A stretch of DNA of 64,000 bases from an uncultured Gemmatimonadaceae bacterium (GCA_963843845.1 CAWJMB010000002.1:2976001-3040000); one strand, 5' to 3'; shown: positions 10,092-19,976, counted from the first letter of the stretch. A program made the numbers and translations. The notes: generated from the sequence alone by a model not told the origin.

Positions 10092-11018
10092 TCAGCGCAC
10101 AACCTGCAACGTGCCCGCGTCGGCGTCGAGCACGGCCGAGGCGCCTAACGGAATGGTCCACTGATCGTCGATGTGCCCGACCGGCGCGCCGACGAGCGTC
10201 GGCACGCCGAGCAGCGCGGCCAGCTCACCGACCACCGCGTCGAGCGACCGGCGGCCGTCGTCGTCGCACGCGTCGGGGCAGGCGGTGCAGTGCCCGAAGA
10301 CGATCGCCCGGCAATCGGCGAAGCTGCCGGCGAGCACGAGCTGCCGCAGCATCCGGTCGACCCGATACGTCGCCTCGTTGACGTCCTCGAGCACGGCGAT
10401 CGCGCCGGCGAAGCGCGGGGCGTACGGCGTGCCGGCGAGCGCGGCGAGCAGTGCCAGATTGCCGCCGGCGAGCCGCCCCGCCGCGTGACCGCGGCGGAGC
10501 ACGCGCGCGGTCGGCATCGCACCGCAGGGGTCGGCGCCATCGACGACGGCGCGGCGCAGCGAGTCGCGCGAGAAGGGGGACAGCGCAGCGCGTGCGGTCG
10601 GCCCGTGGAACGTGACGAGCCCGGGCACGCGCGCGGCGACGGCGCAGTGCAGCGCCGTGATGTCGGAGTAGCCGATCAGGGCGCGCGGGCGGGCGGCGAG
10701 CGCGCCGTAGTCGATCTCCTCGAGCAGCCGCATCGCGCCGTACCCGCCGCGCAGACACCAGATCGCGTCGACGTCGCGAGCCCGGAGCGCGGTGTTGACG
10801 TCGGCGAGGCGCGCCGCGTCGTCGCCCGCGAAATAGTCGTGGCGCGCGAGCGCGTGCGCCCCCACGACCGGCTCCCACCCGAACGCGCGGGCGTTCGACT
10901 CGGCGCGCTCCAGCTCCGTCGCGTCGCGCAGCGGCCCGGCGGGCGCGACGAGCGCGACGCGGGCGCCAGGGGCGAGCGGCGGCGGATGGAGCGGCGACGG
11001 CGCGTCTGCGTCGGACAT
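10092..11018 (-). CDS. ldcA: LD-carboxypeptidase (peptidase S66)
   Basis: RGGYG, GYSDIT (catalytic Ser), GGNL, LEDVNE and GH motifs. Confidence 0.9.
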   Translation of the reverse strand: MSDADAPSPLHPPPLAPGARVALVAPAGPLRDATELERAESNARAFGWEPVVGAHALARHDYFAGDDAARLADVNTALRARDVDAIWCLRGGYGAMRLLEEIDYGALAARPRALIGYSDITALHCAVAARVPGLVTFHGPTARAALSPFSRDSLRRAVVDGADPCGAMPTARVLRRGHAAGRLAGGNLALLAALAGTPYAPRFAGAIAVLEDVNEATYRVDRMLRQLVLAGSFADCRAIVFGHCTACPDACDDDGRRSLDAVVGELAALLGVPTLVGAPVGHIDDQWTIPLGASAVLDADAGTLQVVR

Positions 11019-11103
11019 GACCGACGCAACGTAACGGGAGTGCGGCGCCGTGCGGCCCCGTACGGCCGCCGGCAGCCGCAAATTCGTTCGGTGTGCAAAC
11101 ATC

Positions 11104-11118
11104 TGGCACATGCGTTGC
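11104..11118 (+). promoter_or_regulatory. Sigma-54 (-24/-12) promoter
   Basis: TGGCAC-ATGCG-TTGC is an exact match to TGGCAC-N5-TTGC, about 65 bp upstream of the ORF at 11185. Confidence 0.7.
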
Positions 11119-11184
11119 CCCCGACACGATTCCTGGCGGCAGCCGATGCCAGCGACGAACCGACTCCGCGGGAGGATGGAACTG

Positions 11185-11490
11185 ATGGCGACGCAGAACC
11201 GCTCGACCCAGGATCAAGAGAATCAGCAGCAGCAGCGTGGCTTGCAGGACGAGCAGCAGCAACGTGGCACGGAGGGAGATCAGCACGACGGCGCGCGCGA
11301 CGGTGCGACCGACCGCGGCGGCACCGGCGGCTATGGCGCGTCGTCCGGGTTCTCGGAGGAGACGAGCGCCGGCAGCGATCAGCGCGGCGAGCGCGACACG
11401 CAGCACGGCGACGACGACAGCAATCCGAACGGCGACGTCGGCATGCGAGGACGGAACACGGGGCGCGCCGACGGCGACGCGATGCGCTGA
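11185..11490 (+). CDS. Small, very hydrophilic Gly/Gln/Asp-rich protein (hydrophilin-like)
   Basis: MATQNRSTQDQENQQQQRG...; GGAGG RBS at about 11171 and an upstream sigma-54 motif. Confidence 0.6.
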   Translation: MATQNRSTQDQENQQQQRGLQDEQQQRGTEGDQHDGARDGATDRGGTGGYGASSGFSEETSAGSDQRGERDTQHGDDDSNPNGDVGMRGRNTGRADGDAMR

Positions 11491-11532
11491 GCCGGCGGCG
11501 CGACGGAGGGGTGCGCAGGTATCCTTCACGGC

Positions 11533-12708
11533 GTGCCCTCTCCCATAGCGCTGGAGTCGTTAGGCGCGGCGGTCGCGGCGTCGCCGTGGATCGCCGTGCC
11601 GCTCGCCGTCTGGTGGCGGGCGCGCGACTCGCGCACGCTCGACGACGAGGCGACCACCGCGGCCGACGACGCGCCGCTCGTCTCGGTCGTCGTCCCGGCG
11701 CGCGACGAGGCGGCGAACATCGCCCGGTGCGTGCGCTCGGTGTTGAGCGCCTCGTACCCGCGCCTCGAGCTCCTCGTCGTCGACGACCATTCGACCGACG
11801 GCACGGCGTCGCTCGCTCGTGAGGCGGCCGGCGGCGACGCGCGCCTGACGTTGCTCGACAACCCGCCGCTCCCGCCCGGCTGGTTCGGCAAGCAGTGGGC
11901 GTGCGCGACCGGTGCGGCGCAGGCGCGCGGGGCCGTGCTGCTGTTCGCCGACGCCGACACGGTGCACGAGCCCGACCTCGTGCCGCGCGCGGTGCAGGCG
12001 CTGCGCGCGCGCGGCGGCGGACTGCTCTCGGTCGTCGGCCGTCAGGAGATGGCGACCTTCTGGGAGCGCCTCATGCAGCCGCAGGTCCTCGCCATCATCC
12101 TCGGCCGCTACGGCGGCACGAACCGCGTCGACCGCTCGCCGCGCGCCGTCGACAAGATCGCGAACGGCCAGTGCCTGCTGTTCGACCGCGCGACCTACGA
12201 CGCGATCGGCGGCCACGCCGCCGTGCGGAACGTCGTCGCCGAGGACCTCAAGCTGGCGCAGCGCACGTTCGCGTCGGGCCACCCCGTGCACCTCGTCCTC
12301 GGCGAACGGCAGCTCGCGACGCGGATGTACACCTCGCTCCCCGACCTCATGCGCGGGTGGCGCAAGAACGTCTACGCCGGGGGGCGCGAGGCGATGCCGT
12401 TAGGCCGCGTCGGGCAGGTCGTCTTCCCGCTGTTCCTCGTGATGCCGCCGCTCATGGGCCTCGTGCCGGCCCTCGTGCTGCTCCTCGCGCTGACTGGCGT
12501 GCTACCGAACGTCGTCGTGCTCGCCGCGGGGATCGCGCAGCTCGCCTCGCTGCTCTTCTGGGCGGCGACGTACCGGCGTGCGGGGGTGCCCGTCCACTAC
12601 GCGCTCGTCGCGCCGCTCGGCGCCGCGGTGCTGCTCGTCATCATCGTGCAGGCGATCGCGCGGGGGCAGCGCGTGGAGTGGCGGGGGCGGGAATACGTGT
12701 CGGCCTAA
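11533..12708 (+). CDS. Glycosyltransferase family 2, membrane-associated (HpnB/CrtQ-like)
   Basis: VSVVVPARDE, VVDDHSTDGT, GWFGKQWAC, FADAD, NGQC and AEDL motifs, with C-terminal TM helices ending VEWRGR. Confidence 0.85.
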   Translation: MPSPIALESLGAAVAASPWIAVPLAVWWRARDSRTLDDEATTAADDAPLVSVVVPARDEAANIARCVRSVLSASYPRLELLVVDDHSTDGTASLAREAAGGDARLTLLDNPPLPPGWFGKQWACATGAAQARGAVLLFADADTVHEPDLVPRAVQALRARGGGLLSVVGRQEMATFWERLMQPQVLAIILGRYGGTNRVDRSPRAVDKIANGQCLLFDRATYDAIGGHAAVRNVVAEDLKLAQRTFASGHPVHLVLGERQLATRMYTSLPDLMRGWRKNVYAGGREAMPLGRVGQVVFPLFLVMPPLMGLVPALVLLLALTGVLPNVVVLAAGIAQLASLLFWAATYRRAGVPVHYALVAPLGAAVLLVIIVQAIARGQRVEWRGREYVSA

Positions 12709-12779
12709 CGCGCGCGCGCCTGCCGCGCACCGTCGGCTGCAACGGCGCGGAGCCATAGCCACGCGGCGCGGCCTGCGGG

Positions 12780-13457
12780 TCACCAGACGCCCGGGATCAG
12801 GCGGTACGGCACCCGCCTCGCGTAGTCGCCGTACCCCGGCAGCTCGCGCACGAGGACACGCTCCTCGGAGCGTAGCCGAATCACCATGAGCGAGACCGGT
12901 ACGACCGCGCCGAGCGCCGCGACGTACGACTCCAGCCACAGACCGAGCCCGACGAGGATCAGCGGGTCCGCGGCGTAGAAGGGATGTCGCACGACCGCGT
13001 ACACGCCGGAGTCGGCGACGGCGTGCGCGCGCTCGCGCTGCACACGCACCACGGCCGTCGCGAAGGCGTTCGCCCGGAGGGCCTGGCCTTTGAGGCGCCA
13101 TCCGAGCGCGAACAGCACGAGACCGGCGCCGCTGACCAGGCTGGACGGAGCCGGAGCGTGCCAGCGGACCGCGTCGAGGCCGGCGACGACGGGCAGTCCC
13201 AGAAAGCCGGTCGCCAGCACCGCGAGGAGCAGCGCTCGGTCGGCTCGCGGCTGATCCTCGTGAATCGGGAGGCGGGCCCGCTCCCGCAGCAAGTCCGGGT
13301 GGATCCGGTAGGCGGCCAGCGCGCCCGCGACGCGGACGGAGAGCATCACCGCGAGAAGCACCCATCCGCGCCACCACGCGAGCGTCCCCGCGGCGGCGAA
13401 CAGAAGCGCCCCGACGAGCAGCGCGTCCGCGACGAGTCGGACCACGACCTTCAGCAT
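12780..13457 (-). CDS. Isoprenylcysteine carboxylmethyltransferase (ICMT/PEMT) family membrane protein
   Basis: GVYAVVRHPFY, EERVL and YARRVPYRLIPGVW. Confidence 0.85.
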   Translation of the reverse strand: MLKVVVRLVADALLVGALLFAAAGTLAWWRGWVLLAVMLSVRVAGALAAYRIHPDLLRERARLPIHEDQPRADRALLLAVLATGFLGLPVVAGLDAVRWHAPAPSSLVSGAGLVLFALGWRLKGQALRANAFATAVVRVQRERAHAVADSGVYAVVRHPFYAADPLILVGLGLWLESYVAALGAVVPVSLMVIRLRSEERVLVRELPGYGDYARRVPYRLIPGVW

Positions 13458-13580
13458 CGGTCGCGCGACAGGGAAAGCCTTCGAGCATCGTGCACGGTCT
13501 GTCTCGACGCGGCGATGGAATGATCGATCTCGCGTCGACATGATACCCGCGCGTGTGGCTGACGGACGCACCGTCGGCCC

Positions 13581-16500
13581 ATGCGACACGCCGACGCCGC
13601 CCGCCTGCTCGCCGACGCCCGGTCCCTCGCGTCGCTACCGCCGCTGCTGCACGCGCTCGGCTTCGCGGTCGAGACGCGACCGCTCGGCCGCTCCGCGCTG
13701 ATGACGCTTCGCGCCGCGTCGGCGATCTCCGGGGCGGCCACGATCGACGGTCGCGGTGCCGAGCGCGCACTCCTCGCCGAGGTCGCGACCGCTCACGATC
13801 TGCGCGAGACGGCGGTCGCGGCGCTCCGTACGCTGACGGGAATCTCGCCCGGCACGCGTTGGCTCGTCGCGCTCGCGCGGGCCGACGGCGGCGAAACGAT
13901 GCTCGCGCTGTCGACCGATGCGCGCCGGGGGCGCGTCGTCGCACTGGCATTCGACCCGCGGCGCGTACTGGCGAGCGACGTCGAGACGCTGTGCGCGCTC
14001 GCCGCAGCACAGAGCGAAGGTACGCGGAATCGCGAACCGACGCCGTCGAGCGGCGACCGCACGTCGCCGACAGGGGGCGGCACGACGCGGCACGCGCGAT
14101 GGGGCGAGCTGCTCGGGCGCGAGGCGTTGTCGCGCCGCTTCTATCGCGCGCTCGAAAGCGTCGTCGCGCGACTCGCGGCGGGCGCGACCGGCGCGGCCGA
14201 CGGCGCCACGCGCCGATCGCTCGCCCTCCTGCAGACGTCGCGGCTGCTGTTCCTCGCGTTCCTGCAGTCGAAAGGATGGCTGGACGACGACCACGACTTT
14301 CTGCGCCGCGGCTACGACGCGTGCGTCGCGACGGGCGGCGACTACCACCGTCGCGTGCTGCGCCCGCTGTACTTCGGCACGCTGAACACCCCGTGGTCGA
14401 AGCGCGCCGCGGCCGCGCGCGCGTTCGGCCGCGTGCCGTTCCTGAACGGCGGCCTGTTCGCACCGACCGTGCTCGAACGCCGCCATCGCTCGTTCCGTCT
14501 CGACGATGCCGCGCTCGGCGCGCTGATCGCGCTGCTCGGGCGCTACCGCTTCACGTCGCGCGAGGAAGAGTCGACGTATTCCGAGGCCGCCGTCGACCCC
14601 GAGATGCTGGGCCGCGCGTTCGAGTCGCTCATGAGCGCGCACGACCGGCGCACGACCGGCGCGTTCTACACGCCGCACGCGCTCGTCGCGCACACGACCG
14701 ACGAGGCGCTCCGCATCGCGTTAGGCAGCTGTCCCGAGACCGAGGCGCTGCTGGGCGGTGCGGCGCTCGTCGGGGACCGGGCGGCCGCACTCCGTGCCCG
14801 GCTCGCCGGACTCCGCATCCTCGACCCGGCCTGCGGCAGCGGCGCGTTTCTCGTCCACGCCCTCGAGCGCATCAGCGAGCTGCTCCGGCGCTGCGGCGAC
14901 GAGCGGCCGCTCGCGACCATCCGGCGTGACGTGCTGACGCACGGCATCTTCGGGGTGGACGTGAATCCGACGGCGGTGTGGCTGTGCGAGCTGCGGCTCT
15001 GGCTCTCGGTGGTCGTCGAGAGCGACGAGGGCGACCCGATGCGCGTCGCCCCGCTGCCGAACCTCGACCACAACGCACGCGTCGGCGACTCGCTCGCCGC
15101 GCCCGCCGCGACGCGACGGTGGGGCGGAGACCCGTGGTGCGAGGGCGAGCCGAGCGCCACGGCGAGCGCGACGCCGACGACCGAACGTCTCCGTGCCCGC
15201 TACGTTCGTGCGTCCGGTCGCCGCAAGGTCGCGTTAGGCACCGCCCTCGAGAGCGCCGAGCGTGCCGTCGCGGTGGCCGCGCTCGACCGGATGCTCGCCG
15301 TCCGCCGCGCCGAGCGCCGCGACGTGCTCACCGCGGCGCGCGGCCGCGACCTGTTCGGCGCTCGGCGAGGCGCGCTGCCTGGCGAGCGGGCGCGACTCGT
15401 CGAGCTGCGCGCGCTGTGTCGGGCGCTCGCGGCGCGACGTCGGGCGCTGCTCCAGGGCGCGGCGCTGCCGTTCGGGTTCGCGTGGCACTTTCCCGAGCTC
15501 GCCGCGCGCGGCGGCGCCGACGTGGTGCTCGCGAACCCGCCGTGGGTCCGCCCGCACACGATGCCGGCGGCCGAGCGCCGACTGCTGCGCGCGACGTACG
15601 AGAGCTGTCGCGACGCGACCTGGGTGCCGGGCGCGAGCGCGGCGCACGCCGGCCGCGGCTTCGGCGGACAGGTCGATCTCGCCGCACCGTTCGTCGAGCG
15701 GTCGCTCGCGCTCGTGCGGCCGGGCGGCGTCGCGGCGCTCATCGTGCCGGCGAAGCTCTGGCGCGCGCTCGCCGGCGGCGGCCTGCGGCAGGTGCTGCGC
15801 CGTGAGGCGATGCTGCACGCGCTCGAGGACTGGAGCGACGCGCCGGCTCTCTTCGACGCCGCCGTCTATCCGTCGGTGCTCGTCGCCGAGCGGCGGTGTG
15901 CGGGAGCCGCTCCTCGCGGCGCAGGCCGGGCAGTGTGCCGGGCCGATGCTCGGTCCCGCATCACCGTACACCGCGCCACCGGCGCCACCGGCGCCACCGG
16001 CGCCATCCGTTGGACGACCGCGGCTGGGACGTTGCCGCTCGACGGCTCGCCAGGAGCGCCGTGGCTGCTCGTGCCGCCGGACGTGCGCCGCGCCCTCGCC
16101 TCGCTCGCCGACGCCGGCACCCCGTTGGGCAGCAGCGGCGCGGTCCGCATCACGCTGGGCGTGAAGTGTGGGTGCAACGCCGCGTTCCTCGTTCGCGGTC
16201 TGGCCGAGCGCGGCGACGTCGCGATGGTCGACGGCGTCTGGCCCGACGGCACGCCGCGGCACGGCGCGATCGAGCGCGCGATGCTGCGCCCCGTCGTACG
16301 CGGCGAGACGCTGCACTCGACGCCCGGAGACGCGGCGGCGCGCGAGTACATCCTCTGGACGTGCGACGCGCTCGGTGACGCGCTGCCGACGCTCCCGCCG
16401 CTCGCCGCACGCTGGCTCGCGCCGTGGCGAGCCCGGCTCGCCGCCCGCAGCGACGCGACGCAGTCGCGGGCCCGCTGGTGGGGGGTGTTCCGCACCGCGG

Positions 16501-16919
16501 CGGCGGAGGTCACCTCGCCGCGCGTGGTCTGGGCCGACGTCGCGCGCGCCCTGCTGCCGAGACTGCTCGACGCCGGAGATCCGACCGTCCCGCTCAACTC
16601 CTGCTACGCGCTTCGGTGTGCCACCGATCGCGACGCGCGCCGCCTGACCGCGCTGCTCGCCTCCCCGCTCGCCGACGCCTGGTGCTCCGCGCTCGCCGAG
16701 CCAGCGCGCGGCGGATACCGGCGGCACCTCGCCTGGACGCTCGCGCTCTTCCCGGTCCCTCGGCGGCTCGACGCGCTCGGCGACGAACCACTGACGGCAG
16801 ACTCGCTCGCCGCCGCGTACGCGCTGCCGATTCGCGCGATGACGCCACTGCTGCGTACGAGCCTGCTTCCGCGTCCGCCCGTCACACCGGACGAGGAGCG
16901 ATTCCCCTCTCGTCCCTGA
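13581..16919 (+). CDS. Large gamma-class N6-adenine DNA methyltransferase (Eco57I/TaqI-like, type IIG/IIC architecture)
   Basis: VPFLNGGLF, DPEMLGRAFESL, motif X TGAFYTP, motif I ILDPACGSGAFL, IFGVDVN, PLPNLDHN, motif IV NPPW, and a C-terminal target-recognition-like region. Confidence 0.88.
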   Translation: MRHADAARLLADARSLASLPPLLHALGFAVETRPLGRSALMTLRAASAISGAATIDGRGAERALLAEVATAHDLRETAVAALRTLTGISPGTRWLVALARADGGETMLALSTDARRGRVVALAFDPRRVLASDVETLCALAAAQSEGTRNREPTPSSGDRTSPTGGGTTRHARWGELLGREALSRRFYRALESVVARLAAGATGAADGATRRSLALLQTSRLLFLAFLQSKGWLDDDHDFLRRGYDACVATGGDYHRRVLRPLYFGTLNTPWSKRAAAARAFGRVPFLNGGLFAPTVLERRHRSFRLDDAALGALIALLGRYRFTSREEESTYSEAAVDPEMLGRAFESLMSAHDRRTTGAFYTPHALVAHTTDEALRIALGSCPETEALLGGAALVGDRAAALRARLAGLRILDPACGSGAFLVHALERISELLRRCGDERPLATIRRDVLTHGIFGVDVNPTAVWLCELRLWLSVVVESDEGDPMRVAPLPNLDHNARVGDSLAAPAATRRWGGDPWCEGEPSATASATPTTERLRARYVRASGRRKVALGTALESAERAVAVAALDRMLAVRRAERRDVLTAARGRDLFGARRGALPGERARLVELRALCRALAARRRALLQGAALPFGFAWHFPELAARGGADVVLANPPWVRPHTMPAAERRLLRATYESCRDATWVPGASAAHAGRGFGGQVDLAAPFVERSLALVRPGGVAALIVPAKLWRALAGGGLRQVLRREAMLHALEDWSDAPALFDAAVYPSVLVAERRCAGAAPRGAGRAVCRADARSRITVHRATGATGATGAIRWTTAAGTLPLDGSPGAPWLLVPPDVRRALASLADAGTPLGSSGAVRITLGVKCGCNAAFLVRGLAERGDVAMVDGVWPDGTPRHGAIERAMLRPVVRGETLHSTPGDAAAREYILWTCDALGDALPTLPPLAARWLAPWRARLAARSDATQSRARWWGVFRTAAAEVTSPRVVWADVARALLPRLLDAGDPTVPLNSCYALRCATDRDARRLTALLASPLADAWCSALAEPARGGYRRHLAWTLALFPVPRRLDALGDEPLTADSLAAAYALPIRAMTPLLRTSLLPRPPVTPDEERFPSRP

Positions 16920-17161
16920 TGGCTGCGATCCAGGACCCCCCGCCCGATCCACCGCTCGTCGAGCCGAGCGGCGCCGCGCTCGCGCGGTCGGGCGACCGTC
17001 GGCGTTCGAGCGGCTGGACCGCGCGCACTGCTGGCGCGTCCATGCACTCTGCGTTCGCGGCCGGCCGAGCCGCGCCGGCGCGGTAGCCGCGGCGAGCGAA
17101 ACGGCGCACCGTCGGCGCGCGTACGTCGAGTGACGTCGCGCGCCTCTTCCGTCATCCGCTC

Positions 17162-17998
17162 ATGAACGACACGACCACCGACCGTCCGTTCGTCACCTTC
17201 CCCCGCGTGCTCCTGATCGCGGCCGCCGGCACCTCGGCGGCCGTCGCGATCGCGTCGAGCCGCTCGGGGAGCGACGTCCGCAGCGCGCCGTCGACCGACC
17301 GGTGGAGCGGCACGATCCAGGACGGCGCGCAGGTCCGCATCGACAACGTGAACGGGGCGGTGCGCGTCGCCAGATCGCCGGACGCCACCGTGCGCATCGT
17401 CACGACGCGGAGGGCGCGTGGGCGCCGGCCGGAGCCGCTGCAGCTGCACGTCGAGCGGCGCGGCGCGGACGTCGTCGGCTGTGTGGTCGCCGACGGCACG
17501 GAGTGCGGGAGCCGGACTCGCCGCACGGGCGGCCTCGTTCGGCGCCTGTTCCGCCGTTACTCGCCCACCGAGGTCACCGTCGTCGTCGCGCTCCCCGCGG
17601 ATGCGCGCCTCCGCGTGACCACGGTGAATGGTGCCATCACCGTCGCCGACGCCGCGCGCGACGTCGAGCTGTCGACGGTCAACGGCTCGATCGTCGTCGG
17701 CAGCACGGATGGCGCGGTGCGCGCGTCGACCGTCAACGGCGGCATCACCGCTCGGCTCGACGGCACGTCGCGCGGCGCACCGCTGTCCCTCGAAACCGTC
17801 AACGGCTCGGTGACGGCGTTACTCCCCGCGGGGACGAACGGAGCGCTCACGGCGAGCACGGTCAACGGCCACATCGAGAACGATTTCGCACCGGTCGTCC
17901 GCGACACGCGGTCGCAGCGGATCGCGCTCGGCGTCGGCGGTTCCCCGATCGCATTGACGACCGTGAACGGGTCGGTGCGCGTGGCGAGGGTGCCGTAA
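17162..17998 (+). CDS. DUF4097 family beta-strand repeat protein
   Basis: Repeated (S/T)TVNG(S/G/A/H)I/V units after an N-terminal hydrophobic segment. Confidence 0.8.
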   Translation: MNDTTTDRPFVTFPRVLLIAAAGTSAAVAIASSRSGSDVRSAPSTDRWSGTIQDGAQVRIDNVNGAVRVARSPDATVRIVTTRRARGRRPEPLQLHVERRGADVVGCVVADGTECGSRTRRTGGLVRRLFRRYSPTEVTVVVALPADARLRVTTVNGAITVADAARDVELSTVNGSIVVGSTDGAVRASTVNGGITARLDGTSRGAPLSLETVNGSVTALLPAGTNGALTASTVNGHIENDFAPVVRDTRSQRIALGVGGSPIALTTVNGSVRVARVP

Positions 17999-18083
17999 CT
18001 GCCCGAACGTCCCCGCAGTCGCGGGAACGACCGACCGCGCCGGGGTTATTATCCCCGTCCACTCACGCACAGGAGTCCGCTCG

Positions 18084-18767
18084 ATGGGCGTCTCGTACCG
18101 CCCCTACGCCGAAGTCGCGCCGGTTCGCACCGGCGCCGAGCGCGCGACGCTCGTTCGGCGCACCTATCTGCTCGTCTTCGCCGGCATTCTCGTCACGATG
18201 CTCGGCGCCGCGTTCGGGTTCTCGCAGCCGGGGATCATGGCCTCGGTGGCGCGGCACCCGTTCCTCTCGTTCTTCGCGACGTTCGTTCCGCTGATGCTCG
18301 CACAGGTCATGCGCGACCGCTTCCCGGCGAACATCGGCCTCACGCTCGCGTTCACGTTCGCGGAAGGCGTCTGGATCTCACCCCTGCTCTGGGTCGCGCA
18401 GCAGCGCACGCCCGGAATCATCCTGCAGACGGCGCTGCTCACGGGGAGCACGTTCGCCGTGCTCACGGCCTACGCGTTCCTGAGCCGCCGCGACTTCAGC
18501 GCGTGGGGCGGCTTCCTGACGGTCGGGCTGTGGGTGCTGATCGGCACGTCGCTGCTCATGTTCTTCTTCAAGAGCACGGCCGGGAGTCTCTGGCTCGCCG
18601 GCGCCGGCACCCTGCTGTTCAGCGGGCTGCTCGTGTTCGACACCTGGCGGCTGCGCAACGTCTACGGCCCGAACGACTACGTGATCGCGGCCGTGGCGAT
18701 CTATCTCGACCTGCTCAACATGTTCCTGTTCATCCTGCGCCTGCTCGGCGGCGGCCGACGCGACTGA
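18084..18767 (+). CDS. Bax inhibitor-1/YccA family membrane protein
   Basis: About 7 TM helices, LVRRTY near the N-terminus, FDT, and C-terminal AAVAIYLDLLNMFLFILRLL. Confidence 0.9.
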   Translation: MGVSYRPYAEVAPVRTGAERATLVRRTYLLVFAGILVTMLGAAFGFSQPGIMASVARHPFLSFFATFVPLMLAQVMRDRFPANIGLTLAFTFAEGVWISPLLWVAQQRTPGIILQTALLTGSTFAVLTAYAFLSRRDFSAWGGFLTVGLWVLIGTSLLMFFFKSTAGSLWLAGAGTLLFSGLLVFDTWRLRNVYGPNDYVIAAVAIYLDLLNMFLFILRLLGGGRRD

Positions 18768-18789
18768 TCGGCGACCGAACGGTGACGCA

Positions 18790-19131
18790 CTAGGAAACGG
18801 GGCGCGGCTTCTCGGTCGCGCCCCGTATCGCGTCCGGTCCCCCGATCGCCGACTCCTCGATCTCGGCGGCGAGGCGGAGGTCGGCCGCCGTGATGCCGCC
18901 GGCGCTGTGCGTGCTCAGCGTGAACGTGACCTTCGTGTACTTGACCGCGATGTCGGGATGGTGGTCGGCCGACTCGGCGAGGCGCGCGACGCGGTTCACG
19001 AGGTCGATCGCCGCCATGAACGTCGGCAGCGTGTAGCTCTTCACGAGCGTGTCGCCGCGGCGACTCCACCCGGTGAGCTGGCCCAGCAGGCGCTGGATCT
19101 CGATGTCGGAGAGGCGGGTGGGCGCGGGCAT
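18790..19131 (-). CDS. phhB: Pterin-4-alpha-carbinolamine dehydratase
   Basis: AESADHHPDI...LSTHSAGGITAADLRLA signature. Confidence 0.9.
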   Translation of the reverse strand: MPAPTRLSDIEIQRLLGQLTGWSRRGDTLVKSYTLPTFMAAIDLVNRVARLAESADHHPDIAVKYTKVTFTLSTHSAGGITAADLRLAAEIEESAIGGPDAIRGATEKPRPVS

Positions 19132-19141
19132 GGGCGACACG

Positions 19142-19528
19142 TTACCCACTTCGCGGCGCGCGGGCCAGATCGGAGACGATGACCCAGACGCTCCGCGTGC
19201 GCCGCGAGTAGAACAGCCGCACGGTCACGTCGCGCGGGCTCTGCTTGAACGCGAAGTGGAACTGGAAGGTCTCGTCGAGCGACTCTCGGATCACCCCCTC
19301 CCGGAATCGGCCGTAGAACGCCTGCACCTTCGTGCACGGCGCGATCTCGCTGAAGAACGCCCGCCCGATCGCGTGCGCCTGCGGCAGCGACGCGAGCCGC
19401 GACTCGACCACGTTGTACTTGAGGATGCGCCCGCTCGCGTCGAGCTGAATGAGGCCGTGGGGGAGCGCGTCGAGCTCCTCGGGGGTCATCGCGTCGAGGT
19501 CATCGACGACGAGTGGCTGGTCGGACAT
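19142..19528 (-). CDS. pyp: Photoactive yellow protein (PYP) family PAS protein
   Basis: Ungapped manual alignment to H. halophila PYP as I recall its sequence: LDALPHGLIQLDASGRILKYNVVE...IGRAFFSEIAPCT...FYGRFREGV...WV. Tyr42, Glu46 and Cys69 equivalents are present. Confidence 0.85.
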   Translation of the reverse strand: MSDQPLVVDDLDAMTPEELDALPHGLIQLDASGRILKYNVVESRLASLPQAHAIGRAFFSEIAPCTKVQAFYGRFREGVIRESLDETFQFHFAFKQSPRDVTVRLFYSRRTRSVWVIVSDLARAPRSG

Positions 19529-19627
19529 CGCAAGATGATACACCGGCAGCATGACGTTCGCCCCGGGCCCGCCGGTCATCTCCGGGCGCCCCTTTCACCG
19601 CCGCCCGTTCGGCCGTATCGTGGCGCC

Positions 19628-19966
19628 ATGCCCCGTGACTCTGGCGCTCGTGCGCCCCGTCCCATCCGCCCGCGCGCCCGTCTGCGCGTCGTGCGCGGCG
19701 AGGGACGCGTGGGGCGGCCGACGCCGTCTCGGGCTGCGGCGGCCAGCCTCCTCGTGCCCGGAATCGGACAGCTGATCCAGGGGCGCATCGCAGCGGGCGT
19801 CGCGCAGGTGATGCTCCTCGTGGCGCTGTACGTCGGCGCCGATCGGGTGCGGGCCTTCGGGGTACCACCCCTCGCCGTGCTCCTCGCGCTGGCGCTCCTC
19901 TCCGCAGCCGACGCCGTTCGCGGCGATCGTCTCGCGCGGCGCGCCGCGCTGCGCCTCGTCGCCTGA
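19628..19966 (+). CDS. Small membrane protein with SLLVPGIGQL motif
   Basis: AASLLVPGIGQLIQGR followed by two hydrophobic helices; ends 10 bp before the next gene. Confidence 0.5.
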   Translation: MPRDSGARAPRPIRPRARLRVVRGEGRVGRPTPSRAAAASLLVPGIGQLIQGRIAAGVAQVMLLVALYVGADRVRAFGVPPLAVLLALALLSAADAVRGDRLARRAALRLVA

Positions 19967-19976
19967 CCCATCCTTC

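Noticed and set aside
15972..16006. Short 9-bp repeat (CCGGCGCCA)x3 in the methyltransferase as a phase-variation tract
   Set aside because: The unit is a multiple of three and copy number is low, so it cannot switch frame.
13581..16919. Methyltransferase as part of BREX, DISARM or a defence island
   Set aside because: No pglZ, brxC, drmA/B, helicase or nuclease neighbours, and no compositional shift.
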